Origin: Phycisphaeraceae bacterium
GTDB lineage: Bacteria; Planctomycetota; Phycisphaerae; Phycisphaerales; Phycisphaeraceae
Direction of reading: 5' to 3'
DNA length: 64,000 nt
Assembly: GCA_963674705.1 (NCBI GenBank)
Contig: OY771506.1
Span: forward strand, 2,816,001-2,880,000
Shown in pieces: positions 18,270 to 33,996 of the stretch (the stretch's first letter is position 1; each line of letters opens with the position of its first letter). The position numbers and the translations under genes were made by a program. Under the pieces are notes generated by a model. It searched no databases. It saw only the letters and a list, made by a program, of their open reading frames with translations, and had not been told where the DNA came from.

Positions 18270-19997
18270 ATGATGCGATCCGGGAACAAGCGACTGGTTG
18301 TCTTGCTCGTGATCGCGGGGCTCGTGCTGGCCGGGGTGTACGGTGTATTCCGGTTGTTCACTTCAAACGTGCCGGCAAGTGTTGGGCTCGATGTTTCAGC
18401 GGGCAAGATCGAAGCGAACAATATCACATCAACAACAAGTAAGACGACTACCAGCGAGAACGATGTATTTTCAATACGTCGCATCGCGATCATGGTTGAA
18501 AATGAACATCCCGTGCTCGATCAGGTCGCGGCCGCGCTGCATGACGCCTTGCTTGAATTGAAGTACGTCGATGAAGTTGATGTCTATACCGACGGCCGGA
18601 CGCCTGAGTACGGCGGCAGGCTCTACGATTCGTACATGGCGTTATCGATCGATGTGACTCAGGACAGCAAGCCTCTGCTTGAGCGCAATTTTAAAGCCAA
18701 ACTCACGATCACCGCGGGTAATATGCCTTACGTCAGTCATTCGGGGTATACGGATCACCTTGGCCCGCCGTTGGCACGTTATGCGCTGACATGCCAGCTC
18801 GAACACAGCAGCAAGAGCACGCAGGTTGGCACGCCATACAAAATGATCGGCGAGAATATCTCCGGGGAGGTTGCCAAGCAGATCACCAAGCAATTCAACA
18901 CGTGGAATGAGCAGCACGGCGCGGATGTCGACTGGCCCGATGAACTGATGGGACAGTACCCGGACGATACGGATATCCCATGGCCTGATGGGGTGGTGTT
19001 GGAGAAGATCGTAGATGGTTACGGCCTGATGTCAGACCGCCACGCGATGTGGACAGCGGTCACCGATGAGCCGGAGCAGATCGTTCGGGCATTTCATCAG
19101 ACCTACACCGATGCCGGCTGGCGGATCGACCACGGCGCGATCATCGAAGACAACGAGCACCACGAACGCCTGCACTTTCGGGCGTGGAACGACAGCCCGT
19201 ACATGCTGGAGGTGTTCGAGGTTCGTGATGGTTACGGCGAGCGAAAGCCGGGGGAACAGAGCCGTGTTTGTGTTCGCTACCTTGAGCGTTTTGACAGGCC
19301 CGAGTTCCAACCCATCATCGACGCGCTCATGCAGGACCCGGCCAATGAGAAGGTGTTGGGGTATCTGGCCAGGCATATGAGCGATGAGCAGGAAAAGCAA
19401 TACTACGACTCACTGGCTCAGCGAAACATCAGCGATCCGAAGGTTCTACTGAAGCTGGTACGCTATCAGCACAGAGTCGGTGATGATGAGCTTGCGAGAC
19501 AGAACCTGGTCAAGGCTTACTTTGCTGCCGAACGGGTGCAGGGGCTGGAACATTTAACTGAGCAGATCGAGAAGTTCGGCGAAGAGATCGGTGCTGAGGA
19601 TATGAACGATCTCGTGTTTGATCGTGATGTGCTCAACAGCATGGGGTATCAGCCGATAGAGGAGGCGGTCGGTCAGAAGCAAACGGTGGGGATCGATGAG
19701 CCGTTGTCGGTTTATTACATGTCGGATGGCAGGCTTCAAACGACAGATTGCTGGCTGTCGCGGGATATGACGGGAGAGAATGAGCTTCAGTGTCGCGAGT
19801 ACACAAGAATGTCCATGGGGGGCAGGAGCTGGTCCAGCCATGGGGTGTCGGGCGATAATCTATCCCTCGCCGCAAACCACCATGTGTCAGCCGATACCGG
19901 CGAATATTCGATCCAATTCCGTGCGGTGGCAGATGAAGCGGATCAATATGAGGTTGAAGTCATAAGTCAATCGGGGGCGGGTCCTCCCCGGTCGTGA
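18270..19997 (+). CDS. Membrane-anchored hypothetical protein
   Basis: 575-aa ORF with one N-terminal TM; co-oriented in the cluster. Confidence 0.72.
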   Translation: MMRSGNKRLVVLLVIAGLVLAGVYGVFRLFTSNVPASVGLDVSAGKIEANNITSTTSKTTTSENDVFSIRRIAIMVENEHPVLDQVAAALHDALLELKYVDEVDVYTDGRTPEYGGRLYDSYMALSIDVTQDSKPLLERNFKAKLTITAGNMPYVSHSGYTDHLGPPLARYALTCQLEHSSKSTQVGTPYKMIGENISGEVAKQITKQFNTWNEQHGADVDWPDELMGQYPDDTDIPWPDGVVLEKIVDGYGLMSDRHAMWTAVTDEPEQIVRAFHQTYTDAGWRIDHGAIIEDNEHHERLHFRAWNDSPYMLEVFEVRDGYGERKPGEQSRVCVRYLERFDRPEFQPIIDALMQDPANEKVLGYLARHMSDEQEKQYYDSLAQRNISDPKVLLKLVRYQHRVGDDELARQNLVKAYFAAERVQGLEHLTEQIEKFGEEIGAEDMNDLVFDRDVLNSMGYQPIEEAVGQKQTVGIDEPLSVYYMSDGRLQTTDCWLSRDMTGENELQCREYTRMSMGGRSWSSHGVSGDNLSLAANHHVSADTGEYSIQFRAVADEADQYEVEVISQSGAGPPRS

Positions 19998-20089
19998 TAC
20001 ACTTCGTTACGGTTATAATGGGCGTTAAGCGAGAGTGCTCTACATCATCATCCGCAAGTGAATCATGTTAAGACTGGTTGCGCAGACTT

Positions 20090-20998
20090 ATGAACGCATT
20101 ATCCGAAGCTGAACAATACCTGCTGGATGCGGTACGTCGTGGTGATGAGCAGGGCTGGCCTAAGCTGGTGGAACGGTACCAGGGACGGCTGTTAGCCTTC
20201 GCGCGTAGTCGGGTGCGCAATGCCAACGACGCGGAGGACCTGGTACAGGAGACATTCATCGGCTTGCTGCGCGGGCTCGAACGATTTCGGGGCGAGTCTA
20301 GTCTGGAGACATACCTGTTTTCGATCCTGCGTCGGCGGATCATCGATTCGCATCGGGGTAAGAGTAACCGTGCGTGTCTGTTGAGCGATACGATGGGCGG
20401 CGGGCAGGTCAGTGACAGCAGCGTCGGGCCGGAGGCAAGGCTGGCGTCGAGCGATCCGACCGCGAGCTGGTATGCAAGGCAGGAAGAGAACCGCCACGAA
20501 CTGCACAGCGAGCTGGCGGCTGCGATCAATAGCCTGGTCAGCGGTTATAAAGAATCCTTGAACTTCCGGGAACTACAGATCATCGAACTATTGTTTTATG
20601 CGCAACTGAAAAACGCACAGGTCGCCAAGGCGGTCGGTGTGGAAGACGGGCACGTCGCGACGATCAAGCACCGCAGTTTGTCGCGGATCCGCAAGCAGTT
20701 GCTCGAAGCGATGGGGGATAAGCCGACGCACACGTTTGATCCACCGGACGCGTTATTGACCGAGGTCTGGGAAGAGCACCGATTGAGTTGTCCGAAGCGC
20801 AGCACGATCGGTGGGTATCACCTGGGCACGCTCGACCCTGCCTGGCACGAATACGTCGACTTCCATCTGAACACCCTCGGCTGCCGATTCTGCCAGGCGA
20901 ATCTCGACGACCTGAAGCAGAGCGAAGACCGCGCGAACCTCGACAGCCTGCGTCAGCGCGTGATGCAGTCGACGGTGGGATTTTTCAAGAAGAACTGA
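20090..20998 (+). CDS. ECF sigma factor with a C-terminal zinc-binding (ZAS-like) extension
   Basis: Region 2 DAEDLVQETF...YLFSILRRRIID, region 4 HTH, tail CPKR...HLNTLGCRFC. Start ATG 20090 (TTG 20078 possible). Confidence 0.88.
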   Translation: MNALSEAEQYLLDAVRRGDEQGWPKLVERYQGRLLAFARSRVRNANDAEDLVQETFIGLLRGLERFRGESSLETYLFSILRRRIIDSHRGKSNRACLLSDTMGGGQVSDSSVGPEARLASSDPTASWYARQEENRHELHSELAAAINSLVSGYKESLNFRELQIIELLFYAQLKNAQVAKAVGVEDGHVATIKHRSLSRIRKQLLEAMGDKPTHTFDPPDALLTEVWEEHRLSCPKRSTIGGYHLGTLDPAWHEYVDFHLNTLGCRFCQANLDDLKQSEDRANLDSLRQRVMQSTVGFFKKN

Positions 20999-21245
20999 AA
21001 ACGCGTCGCAATTCTGAAAAATACGTCGAGCATATCAGGTAAAAGCTGTGAATATGGGGGGATTCTTTTTATCAAGCGGCCGCTTGTTCGTGGCTGTTTT
21101 TTCCGGGCTATTGTTAATTATCTCTTGTAGCAATCGTGTGACCGGTTAAAATAGCACCCGCAAGTATTTTTATTGCGGCGCGGTTTATTCTAACGCGCCT
21201 GTTTCCGCCACACATCATATTGCGGTCAAAAAGGAGGATATTGGG

Positions 21246-23477
21246 ATGTCCACATGCACGAACCATGCACGGTTTACATCGCGGTCAATTAATACATTTA
21301 TCTTCCCATGTGTGGTTTTGCTTTTTATGTATTTGATGTTCAGCGTATCTGCAACAGCGCAGACGACGACATGGATCTACGACGGCGGCGGGAACTGGAG
21401 CACGGATTCAAACTGGGATGCAGGAGCCCCTGCCGCGGGGAGCCTGGTGGTGATCGATGAGGGGGACTGGCCGGTTCAGGTTGTACTGGATGTCAATCCC
21501 AAGAATCCGATCAGTGGGCTGACAATCGGTAGCGACGACAGCCTAGTCATGCAGAACTTCGTTCTACCTTTCAATGCCGGTTCGACGATCATTAATGACG
21601 GTGAGATCCAACAGCTTGCGTTGATTTCTTCCGCATCGACTATCCGGTTCAGCGGTGACGCGACCGTGACCGGCACCGGGGTGTGGACCCTGTCGGACAG
21701 GACTTTTAATTACATCGTAGCCACGACCGGCGTTCTCGGTGCGGTCCTGACACAAGAGGCAGGCCACACCATCCACGGCGGCGGGACGATCGGCAATCAA
21801 AACATGGGGATGATCAACTACGGCCTGGTCGAAGCGGATAATCCATACGCGACTAATAATGTGGCGTTAAACATTGCCCCCGGCACGGCCATTGATATCG
21901 GTGCGACAGACGTAGACACGATCAATCACGGTACATTCAGCGCTTCCAAAGGCGGCAGGTTGATCCTGCGTGACGGCGTGTTTGATAACACGGGGGGCAC
22001 GATCCAAGCGATTGATGCAGACTCGATTGTGGTGATTGAATCGGCGGAAGTCCGGGACGGCGATCTGGTGACCGATGCGGTCGGTCGCATCATGCCAAGT
22101 AACAACAGCCTGTTGACTGATGTGACAGTCACCGCCGGCAGCACGGTGCAGATCAATAATATTTCGACAGCCATCTCGGGCACGATCACGAATAACGGCA
22201 CGATCTATCAGATCGCGGGAACCTTTTCCGTATCCGCGGTCGAAGTTACAGGCGATGTCACGATCGATGGTTCGGGCGCCTGGCAGACGACCAACAACTC
22301 GCTGAACCGTATTAACGGAACGGGGAACAACGTGCTGACGAACGGTGCCGATCATACGTTCCGAGGTACGCCGCAACTGGGCGGTAAGAATCTGGGCTTA
22401 ATCAATAACGGCACGATCATCGCCGATGAGCCTTATGCCACCACTGGTTCGAGGTTGATGATTTCGCCCGGTTTAGGCGTCAACATCAATGGGGGCGATG
22501 CCGATGCGATCAATTACGGCACCTTGCGTTCGGAAAACGCGGCGATCCTGCATATCCGTGACGGTGAGTTTGAGAACTTCGGTATCGTTGAAGCTCTGGA
22601 CGGGTCGCATGTGGAGATCGACAGCAGTAACTGGGGGGTCACGTTGAACAATCAATCCGGCACGCTGGTTGGCGGGACGTGGCGCGCCATCTCGAGCGGA
22701 TCGGGCGCGTTGCTTATGCTCAGCGGGAATAACATCACTCAGATCGCGAGCGGTACGGTTGTGGAGATAGCAGGGACGGGATCGGTCGTTCGAGTGAACG
22801 CCACGCCGATCGAAAACACGCTGACAGGCAACGCCGGTGAATTGATCGTCGGTAATGGGCGTTTGTTTGTCCTGGCTAACGCGTTAAACAATACGGGCCG
22901 GTTGTCGATTGATGCAGCGAGCCGGGTCGATATGGGGGCAAATGACATAACCAGCAGCGGAGCGTTGGAGGTCGGGCTGGACAGTTCATCAGCGATTTCG
23001 AAACCTGCGGTGAAGTCGACCGGAACGGCAACGCTGGCCGGCTCGTTGAGCGTGACTTTGGAGTCGGGATTTGAGCCGGGCGTGGGGGATGTGATTCAGA
23101 TCATCGATGCGGGCAGTGTGGTTGGGGCGTTTGATGATGTGACGTGGCCGGTGATGATGGGTTCGGTCGGGCTCGGTCTTGAATACCAGGCGAGTGGTGT
23201 ATTAGTGCGTGCCGGTCTGCCGGGCGATCTGGGTAATGATTCATTTGTTGGCTTGTCGGATCTGGACATCGTCCTGACTAACTGGAACCAGAACGTGACC
23301 GCGGGTGTCTGGCTGGAGGGCGACCCGTCCGGCGATGGCTACGTCGGGTTGGACGACCTGGATATCATCCTGGAGAACTGGAACGGAGGGTCGCCGCCGG
23401 CAACGACGGTGCCTGAGCCTGGCAGTGTGTTTGTTTTATCTCTTCTGGCGATCATGCCAACATATCGACAGCGATGA
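21246..23477 (+). CDS. PEP-CTERM surface protein with a beta-helix/passenger-like repeat region and dockerin-like tail
   Basis: RBS AGGAGG, signal peptide ending ATA, GNWS..NW start, internal duplication (HTIHG/HTFRG, INHGT/INYGT), GDLGNDSFVGLSDLD, VPEPG-TM-RQR. Confidence 0.85.
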   Translation: MSTCTNHARFTSRSINTFIFPCVVLLFMYLMFSVSATAQTTTWIYDGGGNWSTDSNWDAGAPAAGSLVVIDEGDWPVQVVLDVNPKNPISGLTIGSDDSLVMQNFVLPFNAGSTIINDGEIQQLALISSASTIRFSGDATVTGTGVWTLSDRTFNYIVATTGVLGAVLTQEAGHTIHGGGTIGNQNMGMINYGLVEADNPYATNNVALNIAPGTAIDIGATDVDTINHGTFSASKGGRLILRDGVFDNTGGTIQAIDADSIVVIESAEVRDGDLVTDAVGRIMPSNNSLLTDVTVTAGSTVQINNISTAISGTITNNGTIYQIAGTFSVSAVEVTGDVTIDGSGAWQTTNNSLNRINGTGNNVLTNGADHTFRGTPQLGGKNLGLINNGTIIADEPYATTGSRLMISPGLGVNINGGDADAINYGTLRSENAAILHIRDGEFENFGIVEALDGSHVEIDSSNWGVTLNNQSGTLVGGTWRAISSGSGALLMLSGNNITQIASGTVVEIAGTGSVVRVNATPIENTLTGNAGELIVGNGRLFVLANALNNTGRLSIDAASRVDMGANDITSSGALEVGLDSSSAISKPAVKSTGTATLAGSLSVTLESGFEPGVGDVIQIIDAGSVVGAFDDVTWPVMMGSVGLGLEYQASGVLVRAGLPGDLGNDSFVGLSDLDIVLTNWNQNVTAGVWLEGDPSGDGYVGLDDLDIILENWNGGSPPATTVPEPGSVFVLSLLAIMPTYRQR

Positions 23478-23573
23478 AGTGCAGGGCCACACATCGACGA
23501 TGTGCGGCTAAATAGTGGTCAGCGGTTGGCGGCCGTGGGCTTCGGTACGGCATGATTTGCGTACAATCTGGTC

Positions 23574-23780
23574 ATGGATGACCGTGTGACAAAAGTTGAA
23601 GAGAAGATTGCCTACCTCGAGCAGTTCGTTGGCGAGCTGGATGGTGTGGTGCGTGAGTTGCACGATGAGCTTGCGAAGGTGCGGCGGGAGATGGGATTGC
23701 TGCGGGATCGGGTCGAACAGCAGCAGGAGCAGGGGGATGATCCGAACGATCTGGAGGCGCATAAACCGCCGCATTATTGA
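23574..23780 (+). CDS. slyX: SlyX family protein
   Basis: 68 aa, RVTKVEEKIAYLE coiled coil and terminal KPPHY. Confidence 0.88.
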   Translation: MDDRVTKVEEKIAYLEQFVGELDGVVRELHDELAKVRREMGLLRDRVEQQQEQGDDPNDLEAHKPPHY

Positions 23781-23828
23781 GGGAGATGGTCGATTGCGCG
23801 GATGGTTTTGTCATTGATGCCGCAATCA

Positions 23829-23884
23829 ATCCGGCCCTTACCCTAACCCTCTCCCGCCCCCGGAATAGGGAGAGGGGACCGGAT
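23829..23884. repeat. BoxC-like CCCTCTCCC/GGGAGAGGG intergenic repeat
   Basis: CCCTTACCCTAACCCTCTCCC-12 nt-GGGAGAGGGG, bracketed by ATCCGG/CCGGAT. Confidence 0.7.
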
Positions 23885-23971
23885 GTGTCACGGCGATCTG
23901 TGATCGCCCGCTAAACGTGTCGAGTTGTTGCTGTCACTTAATCGCGGCGGATGATTTATGATGTCTGGTCT

Positions 23972-24934
23972 ATGGCGGAGCGTGAGCGATCCATTGCGAA
24001 GGGCGTTTTGATCTGTGCCAATCCGTTCAGTGGGTCGGGGCCTAACCGTAAGCTGGTGGATGATCTGGTTGCGGAGCTTGAGCGTCGGGGGTTTGAGCCG
24101 AAGCTGGTTTGGGATATCGACGAGCGGCAGGCCTGCCTGTCGGATGTGAACCTGTCGGGCTGGTGCCGGTGCGTGCTGGTGGCGGGGGGGGATGGTTCGA
24201 TCAGGGCGGTGCTGAATGAGCTGTACCAGGCGAGGCGTAAGGGTGGGGATGTACAGGGGCAGGTGGTCGCGCTGGCGACGCTGCCGATGGGCAATGAAAA
24301 CCTGTTCGCCAAGTACTTCGGCTTCACACAGTCGGCAAAGCAACTGGTCGACGCGATCGAGGCGGGGCAGACCAAGCGGATCGACCTTGGATTGATGAGC
24401 ACCGAAGGATCGCGCAGCGGCGGGTGGGTTTTCACACTGATGGGCGGGGTGGGGTTTGATGCGGACGTGGTGCACCGGATGCATCGTTGGCGTGAGACGC
24501 ATTCGGGGTTGCGTCGGGTGAAGCGGGTTACGTATATGCCGAGGGTGCTTTCTTCGCTGTGGCGGTACCGGTATCCGAAGCTGAAGGTTGAGGTGGATGG
24601 TGAAACCTATACAGGATCGCACCTGTTCGTATTCAACCTGCCTTCCTATGGCGGGGGGCTGAAGCTCGCGCCGGGGTGCTGCGTTGAGGATGACGGGAAG
24701 CTGGACTGGGTGTTGTTCGAGCGGCCGGGGCTGATCTCGCTGGCGAGGTATGGGGTTTCGGTGGCGATCGGTCGGCACCTGAAGCGGAAGGATGTGAAGT
24801 GCGGGCAATCGACAGCGATCCGGGTGGTCTGGCCTCGGGGTATGGCGGTACAACTGGATGGCGATCCGGCGGGGCTGGCGCCGGTGTCATTTAGCGTGGT
24901 TGAGATACCCGGACTTGAATTGTTGATAACTTAA
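23972..24934 (+). CDS. Diacylglycerol/lipid kinase family protein (YegS/BmrU-like)
   Basis: ANPFSG, AGGDGSI, PMGNENLFA, GVGFDA, SYGGG, QLDGD motifs; start 23972 or 23951. Confidence 0.9.
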   Translation: MAERERSIAKGVLICANPFSGSGPNRKLVDDLVAELERRGFEPKLVWDIDERQACLSDVNLSGWCRCVLVAGGDGSIRAVLNELYQARRKGGDVQGQVVALATLPMGNENLFAKYFGFTQSAKQLVDAIEAGQTKRIDLGLMSTEGSRSGGWVFTLMGGVGFDADVVHRMHRWRETHSGLRRVKRVTYMPRVLSSLWRYRYPKLKVEVDGETYTGSHLFVFNLPSYGGGLKLAPGCCVEDDGKLDWVLFERPGLISLARYGVSVAIGRHLKRKDVKCGQSTAIRVVWPRGMAVQLDGDPAGLAPVSFSVVEIPGLELLIT

Positions 24935-25223
24935 GTGGATCATAGGGTCCGATCGGCGCGATCCAAGATACGGCAGCGTTTTTGTCGATCTGACACGATC
25001 TGTGTTATTGCGCTGTTAATTAAAGGCTTATGATGAAAAACCCACATTTTGCACGCAAAGTCAGGACCAGAACGCCTGATAACATGAAATTTTTACGGAA
25101 CCCGGGTTGTGGAGTGACTTAAAATTGTCTATTATATTCGGTTCGCGGTGTGCGAAGCGATGATCGGGAACCCGTAAGGTCAATTACTAACTACACTTAC
25201 CACTCGCAAGATCGAGGACATCG

Positions 25224-28200
25224 ATGCTGCTGAAGACGGTGCGCGACTACTCCAAGCGTGGAGATGCTTTAACAATCCCCAATCTGGTTGATGTTCAACA
25301 GGCCGCTTACGAGCGGTTCCTCCAGCAAAACGTCGGTTTCGACGAGCGCGATGCTTACATCGGGCTTGAGTCGTTACTGCGTGAAGTATTTCCGATCGAA
25401 TCATACGACGGGAATATGCAACTGGAGTACGTGCATTACCGGTTGGATGAACCCCGGTACACCCCAGACGAATGTCGGGAGCTGCGGCTGACCTACGGCC
25501 TGCCGTTCCGCATCCGTGTCCGCCTCGTCCGCAAGGACGTGCCGGAGATCCCCGAGGAGGATATCTACCTCGGCGAGATCCCCGTGCTGATGGGTGGTGG
25601 TGAATACATCATCAACGGTGCTGAGCGCGTGATCGTGAATCAGCTGCACCGCTCGCCCGGTGTGGACTTCTCGATCGCTTCGGCTGAGGCCGACCGCCCG
25701 CTGCACTCGGCCCGCATCATCCCGGACCGCGGTTCGTGGATCGAGCTGGAGGTGTCCAAGAAGGATGTGCTCCAGATGCGGATCGATCAGTCGACGAAGA
25801 TCCCGGCGACCACGTTCCTGCGTGCGATCGACGAGGCTTTCTCGACGACCGACAAGCTGCTGCGGACGTTCTACGACGTGCAGAGCATCAAGGTCAAGGA
25901 CCTGAAGCCTGAGAATTATGTTGCGGCCCCGATCATCGACACCGAGACCGGCGAAGAGCTGGTCCCGATCGGCGGTCAGGTCGGCGAGCATATCGACCAG
26001 GTCATGGCCAGCAGCCTTAAGAGTGTCGACATCATCGCCAACCCCGGCGACATGCTGATCCTTAATACGATCGCGGACGAGAAGCAGACCGAACTGGAAG
26101 GCGTCACGCTGACCGAGTACGAGGCTGCTCTGCTGGCGCTTTATGCCCGGCTGCGTCCCGGCAACCCGCCGCAGGTCGACAAGGCCAAGCAACTGATCGA
26201 TGAAAAATTCTTCGATGAGAACCGTTACCGCCTGGGCAAGGTCGGCCGGTTCCGTATCAACCGTAAGTTCGACCTGGATGTCTCCGAAGACGAAATGAAG
26301 CTTCGTGCCGAAGACTTCCTGCAGGTCATCAAGTACATCCTCGACCTGCGTAGCAACCGCAACAAGGCGCACATCGACGACATCGACCACCTTGGCAACC
26401 GTCGTCTGCGTACCCTGGACGAGTTGGCTGTCGAGGAAATGCGTAAGGGCTTCCTGAAGCTCAAGCGTACCGTCCAGGAACGCATGAGCGTCAAGGACAT
26501 GGACGAACTCAGCAAGATCGCTGACCTGGTCAACTCCAAGAGCATCAGCAGTGCGATCGATCACTTCTTCGGCCGCGGCGAACTGTCGCAGGTCGTGGAC
26601 CAGACGAACCCGCTGAGCCAGTTGACACACGAGCGTCGTCTTTCGGCGTTGGGTCCCGGCGGCCTGAACCGTAAGCGTGCCGGCTTTGAAGTCCGTGACG
26701 TGCACATCTCGCACTACGGCCGTATCTGCCCGATCGAAACGCCTGAAGGCACGAACATCGGCCTGATCGCTTCGCTGGGCTTGTACTCCAAGGTTGATGA
26801 GTACGGTTTCCTGCAGACGCCTTACCGCGAGGTCAAGGAAGGCAAGCTGACCGGCGGCATCGTTTACCTGCGTGCTGATGAAGAAATGAAACTGACACTC
26901 GGCCCGACCGACTCCATCGAGGATGATGGTTCGATCCAGCAGGGTATGGTCTTGGCGCGTGTCGATGGCGACCTCGCGCAGGTGCCATCGAGTCAGATCG
27001 ATTATGTCGACATCAGCCCGAAACAGATCGTGGGTGTGTCGGCGGCGTTGATCCCGTTCCTCGAGCACGACGACGCCAACCGCGCGTTGATGGGCTCGAA
27101 CATGCAGCGGCAGGCTGTGCCGCTGATCAAGACCGAGCCGCCGTGCGTGGCGACGGGCATGGAGAAGCACATCCCCGGTTACTCGGGCATGGTGGTTCGT
27201 GCTCGTAACGCCGGCGTGGTGACCTACGTCGACGCCAAGCAGATCGTCGTTGATAACGCGGACGAATACGATCTCCGTAAGTTCGTCGGCCTCAACGAGC
27301 GTACCTGCCAGAACCAGAAGCCGATCGTCCGGCTCGGTCAGCGTGTTGAGCAGGGGCAGATCATTGCCGACGGCGCCGCGACGAAGCAGGGCGAGTTGGC
27401 TCTGGGCAAGAACGTGCTCGTGGCGTTCAATACATTCGACGGCTACAACTTCGAAGACGCGATCGTGATCAGCGAACGCCTGGTCAAGCGTGACACGTTC
27501 ACCTCGATCCACATCGAAGACTTTGATGTTGAAATCCGCGAGACCAAGCTTGGCCGCGAAGAGTTCACGTGCGATATCCCGAACGTCAGCGAAAAGATGC
27601 TTTCGATGCTGGACGAAAACGGGATCATCCGCATCGGTGCTTACGTGAAGCCCGGCGACATCCTCGTCGGCAAGGTTTCGCCCAAGAGCAAGAGCGAACT
27701 GACCCCCGAAGAGAAGCTGTTGCACGCGATCTTCGGTCGGGCCGGTGAAGATGTGAAGAACGATTCGCTGGAAGTGCCCGCCGGCACGGAAGGCATCGTG
27801 ATCGGCGCGAAGCGTTTCAGCCGCCGCATGCACCTTAATGATGAGCAGAAAAAGCGGCTCAAGCGTGAGATGCGTGAGTACGAAGCGTCGATGGACGACC
27901 GTGCCGCCGAACTGTTCCGCCAGATGGTTGAGCAGATCAATGAAGCGACCGGCGCGCCGATGGTCGACCCGTCGACGCGTCAGAAGGTCGGCGCCAGTGA
28001 CATCACCGAGGTTATCCTCGAGCAGATCGAAAGCTTCGACCTGAAGTGGGTCAAGGGCAACAAGGAAGCCAAGGACGCCGGGACCGCGGTTTACAACCAG
28101 TTCTGGCCGCGTATCGTCGCGATCGAGAAGGAAAAGCAGCGTAAGCTCGCTCATATGAAGCGCGGCGACGAACTTCCCAGCGGTGTGTTGGAAATGGTCA

Positions 28201-29006
28201 AGGTGTACATCGCGACCAAGCGTCCGCTGAGCGTCGGCGACAAGATGGCCGGCCGCCACGGTAACAAGGGTGTCATCGCCCGTATCGTGCCGGAACAGGA
28301 CATGCCGTTCCTCGAAGACGGGACGCCGGTTGATGTGTTGTTGAACCCGCTGGGTGTGCCTTCACGTATGAACGTCGGGCAGATCCTCGAAACGCACCTG
28401 GGCTGGGCCTGCGGCGTGCTTGGATTCCAGGCGGTGACGCCTGTGTTTGACGGTGCGACCGAAGGTGAAATCCATAAGGTGCTCGAAGAAGCCAACGAGT
28501 ACGTGGCCAACCGGCTTGCAGAAACCGGTGGCAACCACGGCCCGGACGAGATCCTGGCCAAGATGCCGTACGGCGGCAAGATCCAACTCTACGACGGACG
28601 GACGGGTGAACCGTTCGATGAGAAGACCACCGTCGGTCATATGTACCTGATCAAGCTGCACCACCTGGTCGACGACAAGATCCATGCCCGTGCGACCGGC
28701 CCGTACAGCCTCATCACCCAGCAGCCGTTGGGCGGTAAGGCCCGCACCGGTGGCCAGCGCTTCGGTGAAATGGAAGTCTGGGCGCTCGAAGCCTACGGCG
28801 CCGCTTACATCCTTCAGGAACTTCTGACCGTCAAGAGCGACGACGTGGAAGGCCGGACCAAGATCTACGAATCGATGGTCAAGGGCACGAACACGCTCGA
28901 AGCCGGCATGCCGGTTGCGTTCGACGTCTTGTGCAACGAGGTCAAGGGCCTTGGCCTGAATATCACGTTGGAGAAGGTCGAACTCGAGGGTGGCAGCATC
29001 CTCTAA
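25224..29006 (+). CDS. rpoB: DNA-directed RNA polymerase subunit beta
   Basis: [49 protein letters not shown]. Confidence 0.99.
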   Translation: MLLKTVRDYSKRGDALTIPNLVDVQQAAYERFLQQNVGFDERDAYIGLESLLREVFPIESYDGNMQLEYVHYRLDEPRYTPDECRELRLTYGLPFRIRVRLVRKDVPEIPEEDIYLGEIPVLMGGGEYIINGAERVIVNQLHRSPGVDFSIASAEADRPLHSARIIPDRGSWIELEVSKKDVLQMRIDQSTKIPATTFLRAIDEAFSTTDKLLRTFYDVQSIKVKDLKPENYVAAPIIDTETGEELVPIGGQVGEHIDQVMASSLKSVDIIANPGDMLILNTIADEKQTELEGVTLTEYEAALLALYARLRPGNPPQVDKAKQLIDEKFFDENRYRLGKVGRFRINRKFDLDVSEDEMKLRAEDFLQVIKYILDLRSNRNKAHIDDIDHLGNRRLRTLDELAVEEMRKGFLKLKRTVQERMSVKDMDELSKIADLVNSKSISSAIDHFFGRGELSQVVDQTNPLSQLTHERRLSALGPGGLNRKRAGFEVRDVHISHYGRICPIETPEGTNIGLIASLGLYSKVDEYGFLQTPYREVKEGKLTGGIVYLRADEEMKLTLGPTDSIEDDGSIQQGMVLARVDGDLAQVPSSQIDYVDISPKQIVGVSAALIPFLEHDDANRALMGSNMQRQAVPLIKTEPPCVATGMEKHIPGYSGMVVRARNAGVVTYVDAKQIVVDNADEYDLRKFVGLNERTCQNQKPIVRLGQRVEQGQIIADGAATKQGELALGKNVLVAFNTFDGYNFEDAIVISERLVKRDTFTSIHIEDFDVEIRETKLGREEFTCDIPNVSEKMLSMLDENGIIRIGAYVKPGDILVGKVSPKSKSELTPEEKLLHAIFGRAGEDVKNDSLEVPAGTEGIVIGAKRFSRRMHLNDEQKKRLKREMREYEASMDDRAAELFRQMVEQINEATGAPMVDPSTRQKVGASDITEVILEQIESFDLKWVKGNKEAKDAGTAVYNQFWPRIVAIEKEKQRKLAHMKRGDELPSGVLEMVKVYIATKRPLSVGDKMAGRHGNKGVIARIVPEQDMPFLEDGTPVDVLLNPLGVPSRMNVGQILETHLGWACGVLGFQAVTPVFDGATEGEIHKVLEEANEYVANRLAETGGNHGPDEILAKMPYGGKIQLYDGRTGEPFDEKTTVGHMYLIKLHHLVDDKIHARATGPYSLITQQPLGGKARTGGQRFGEMEVWALEAYGAAYILQELLTVKSDDVEGRTKIYESMVKGTNTLEAGMPVAFDVLCNEVKGLGLNITLEKVELEGGSIL

Positions 29007-29112
29007 GGCGTATGCCGGGGGGTGACTCCGGTTGGCCGGAGAAACGTGCCCGGATTGGAAGCTGGGCTCGGACTTAAAACTATCACGCTCAAAGCTGAGG
29101 AGCGTTTGAACT

Positions 29113-33564
<4,452 letters not shown>

Positions 33565-33594
33565 TCGCCGCGGCGCAACTGATATAAACTCTTT

Positions 33595-33624
33595 AAACAC
33601 CCCGACTTTTCGGGGTGTTTTTTT
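33595..33624 (+). terminator. rpoBC terminator
   Basis: AAACACCCCGA-cttt-TCGGGGTGTTT followed by Ts. Confidence 0.9.
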
Positions 33625-33996
33625 ATACATGCCCGGCGGCTTCGGATTTTGTAACAAAAGACCTGGCTGAAGATGTAATACATGTGCAATGAGTGGGTGA
33701 TTTAGCCATTAAAATGTAAGGCGTTATTTCATCTAAATTCTTGATATCACGACATTTTTGGTTGACGAATATCGTCTCCCAGACAATAATTTCATGATCT
33801 GGGTGGCTGTCCGGTATGCACCAGGATGGGCATGCCACAATTGCCGGCCAGGTATAGTTTTGGCGTCGAAGACACTGATCAGGGCCGCGTTTGGTGTTGT
33901 GTACCACGCTGGGCTGGGTGTCTGTTCAACCAAAGAATCATCACATCGGCAATCCGTCTAGTGACCTTGTTGCCGAACGGTTTGAAGGAGGAAGAT

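Noticed and set aside
25401..28259. 952-aa ORF antisense to rpoB
   Set aside because: Shadow frame of a highly biased GC-rich gene; no recognisable motifs.
33826..33996. N-terminal extension of the 33826 ORF
   Set aside because: AGGAGG plus TTG at 33997 gives a normal signal peptide.
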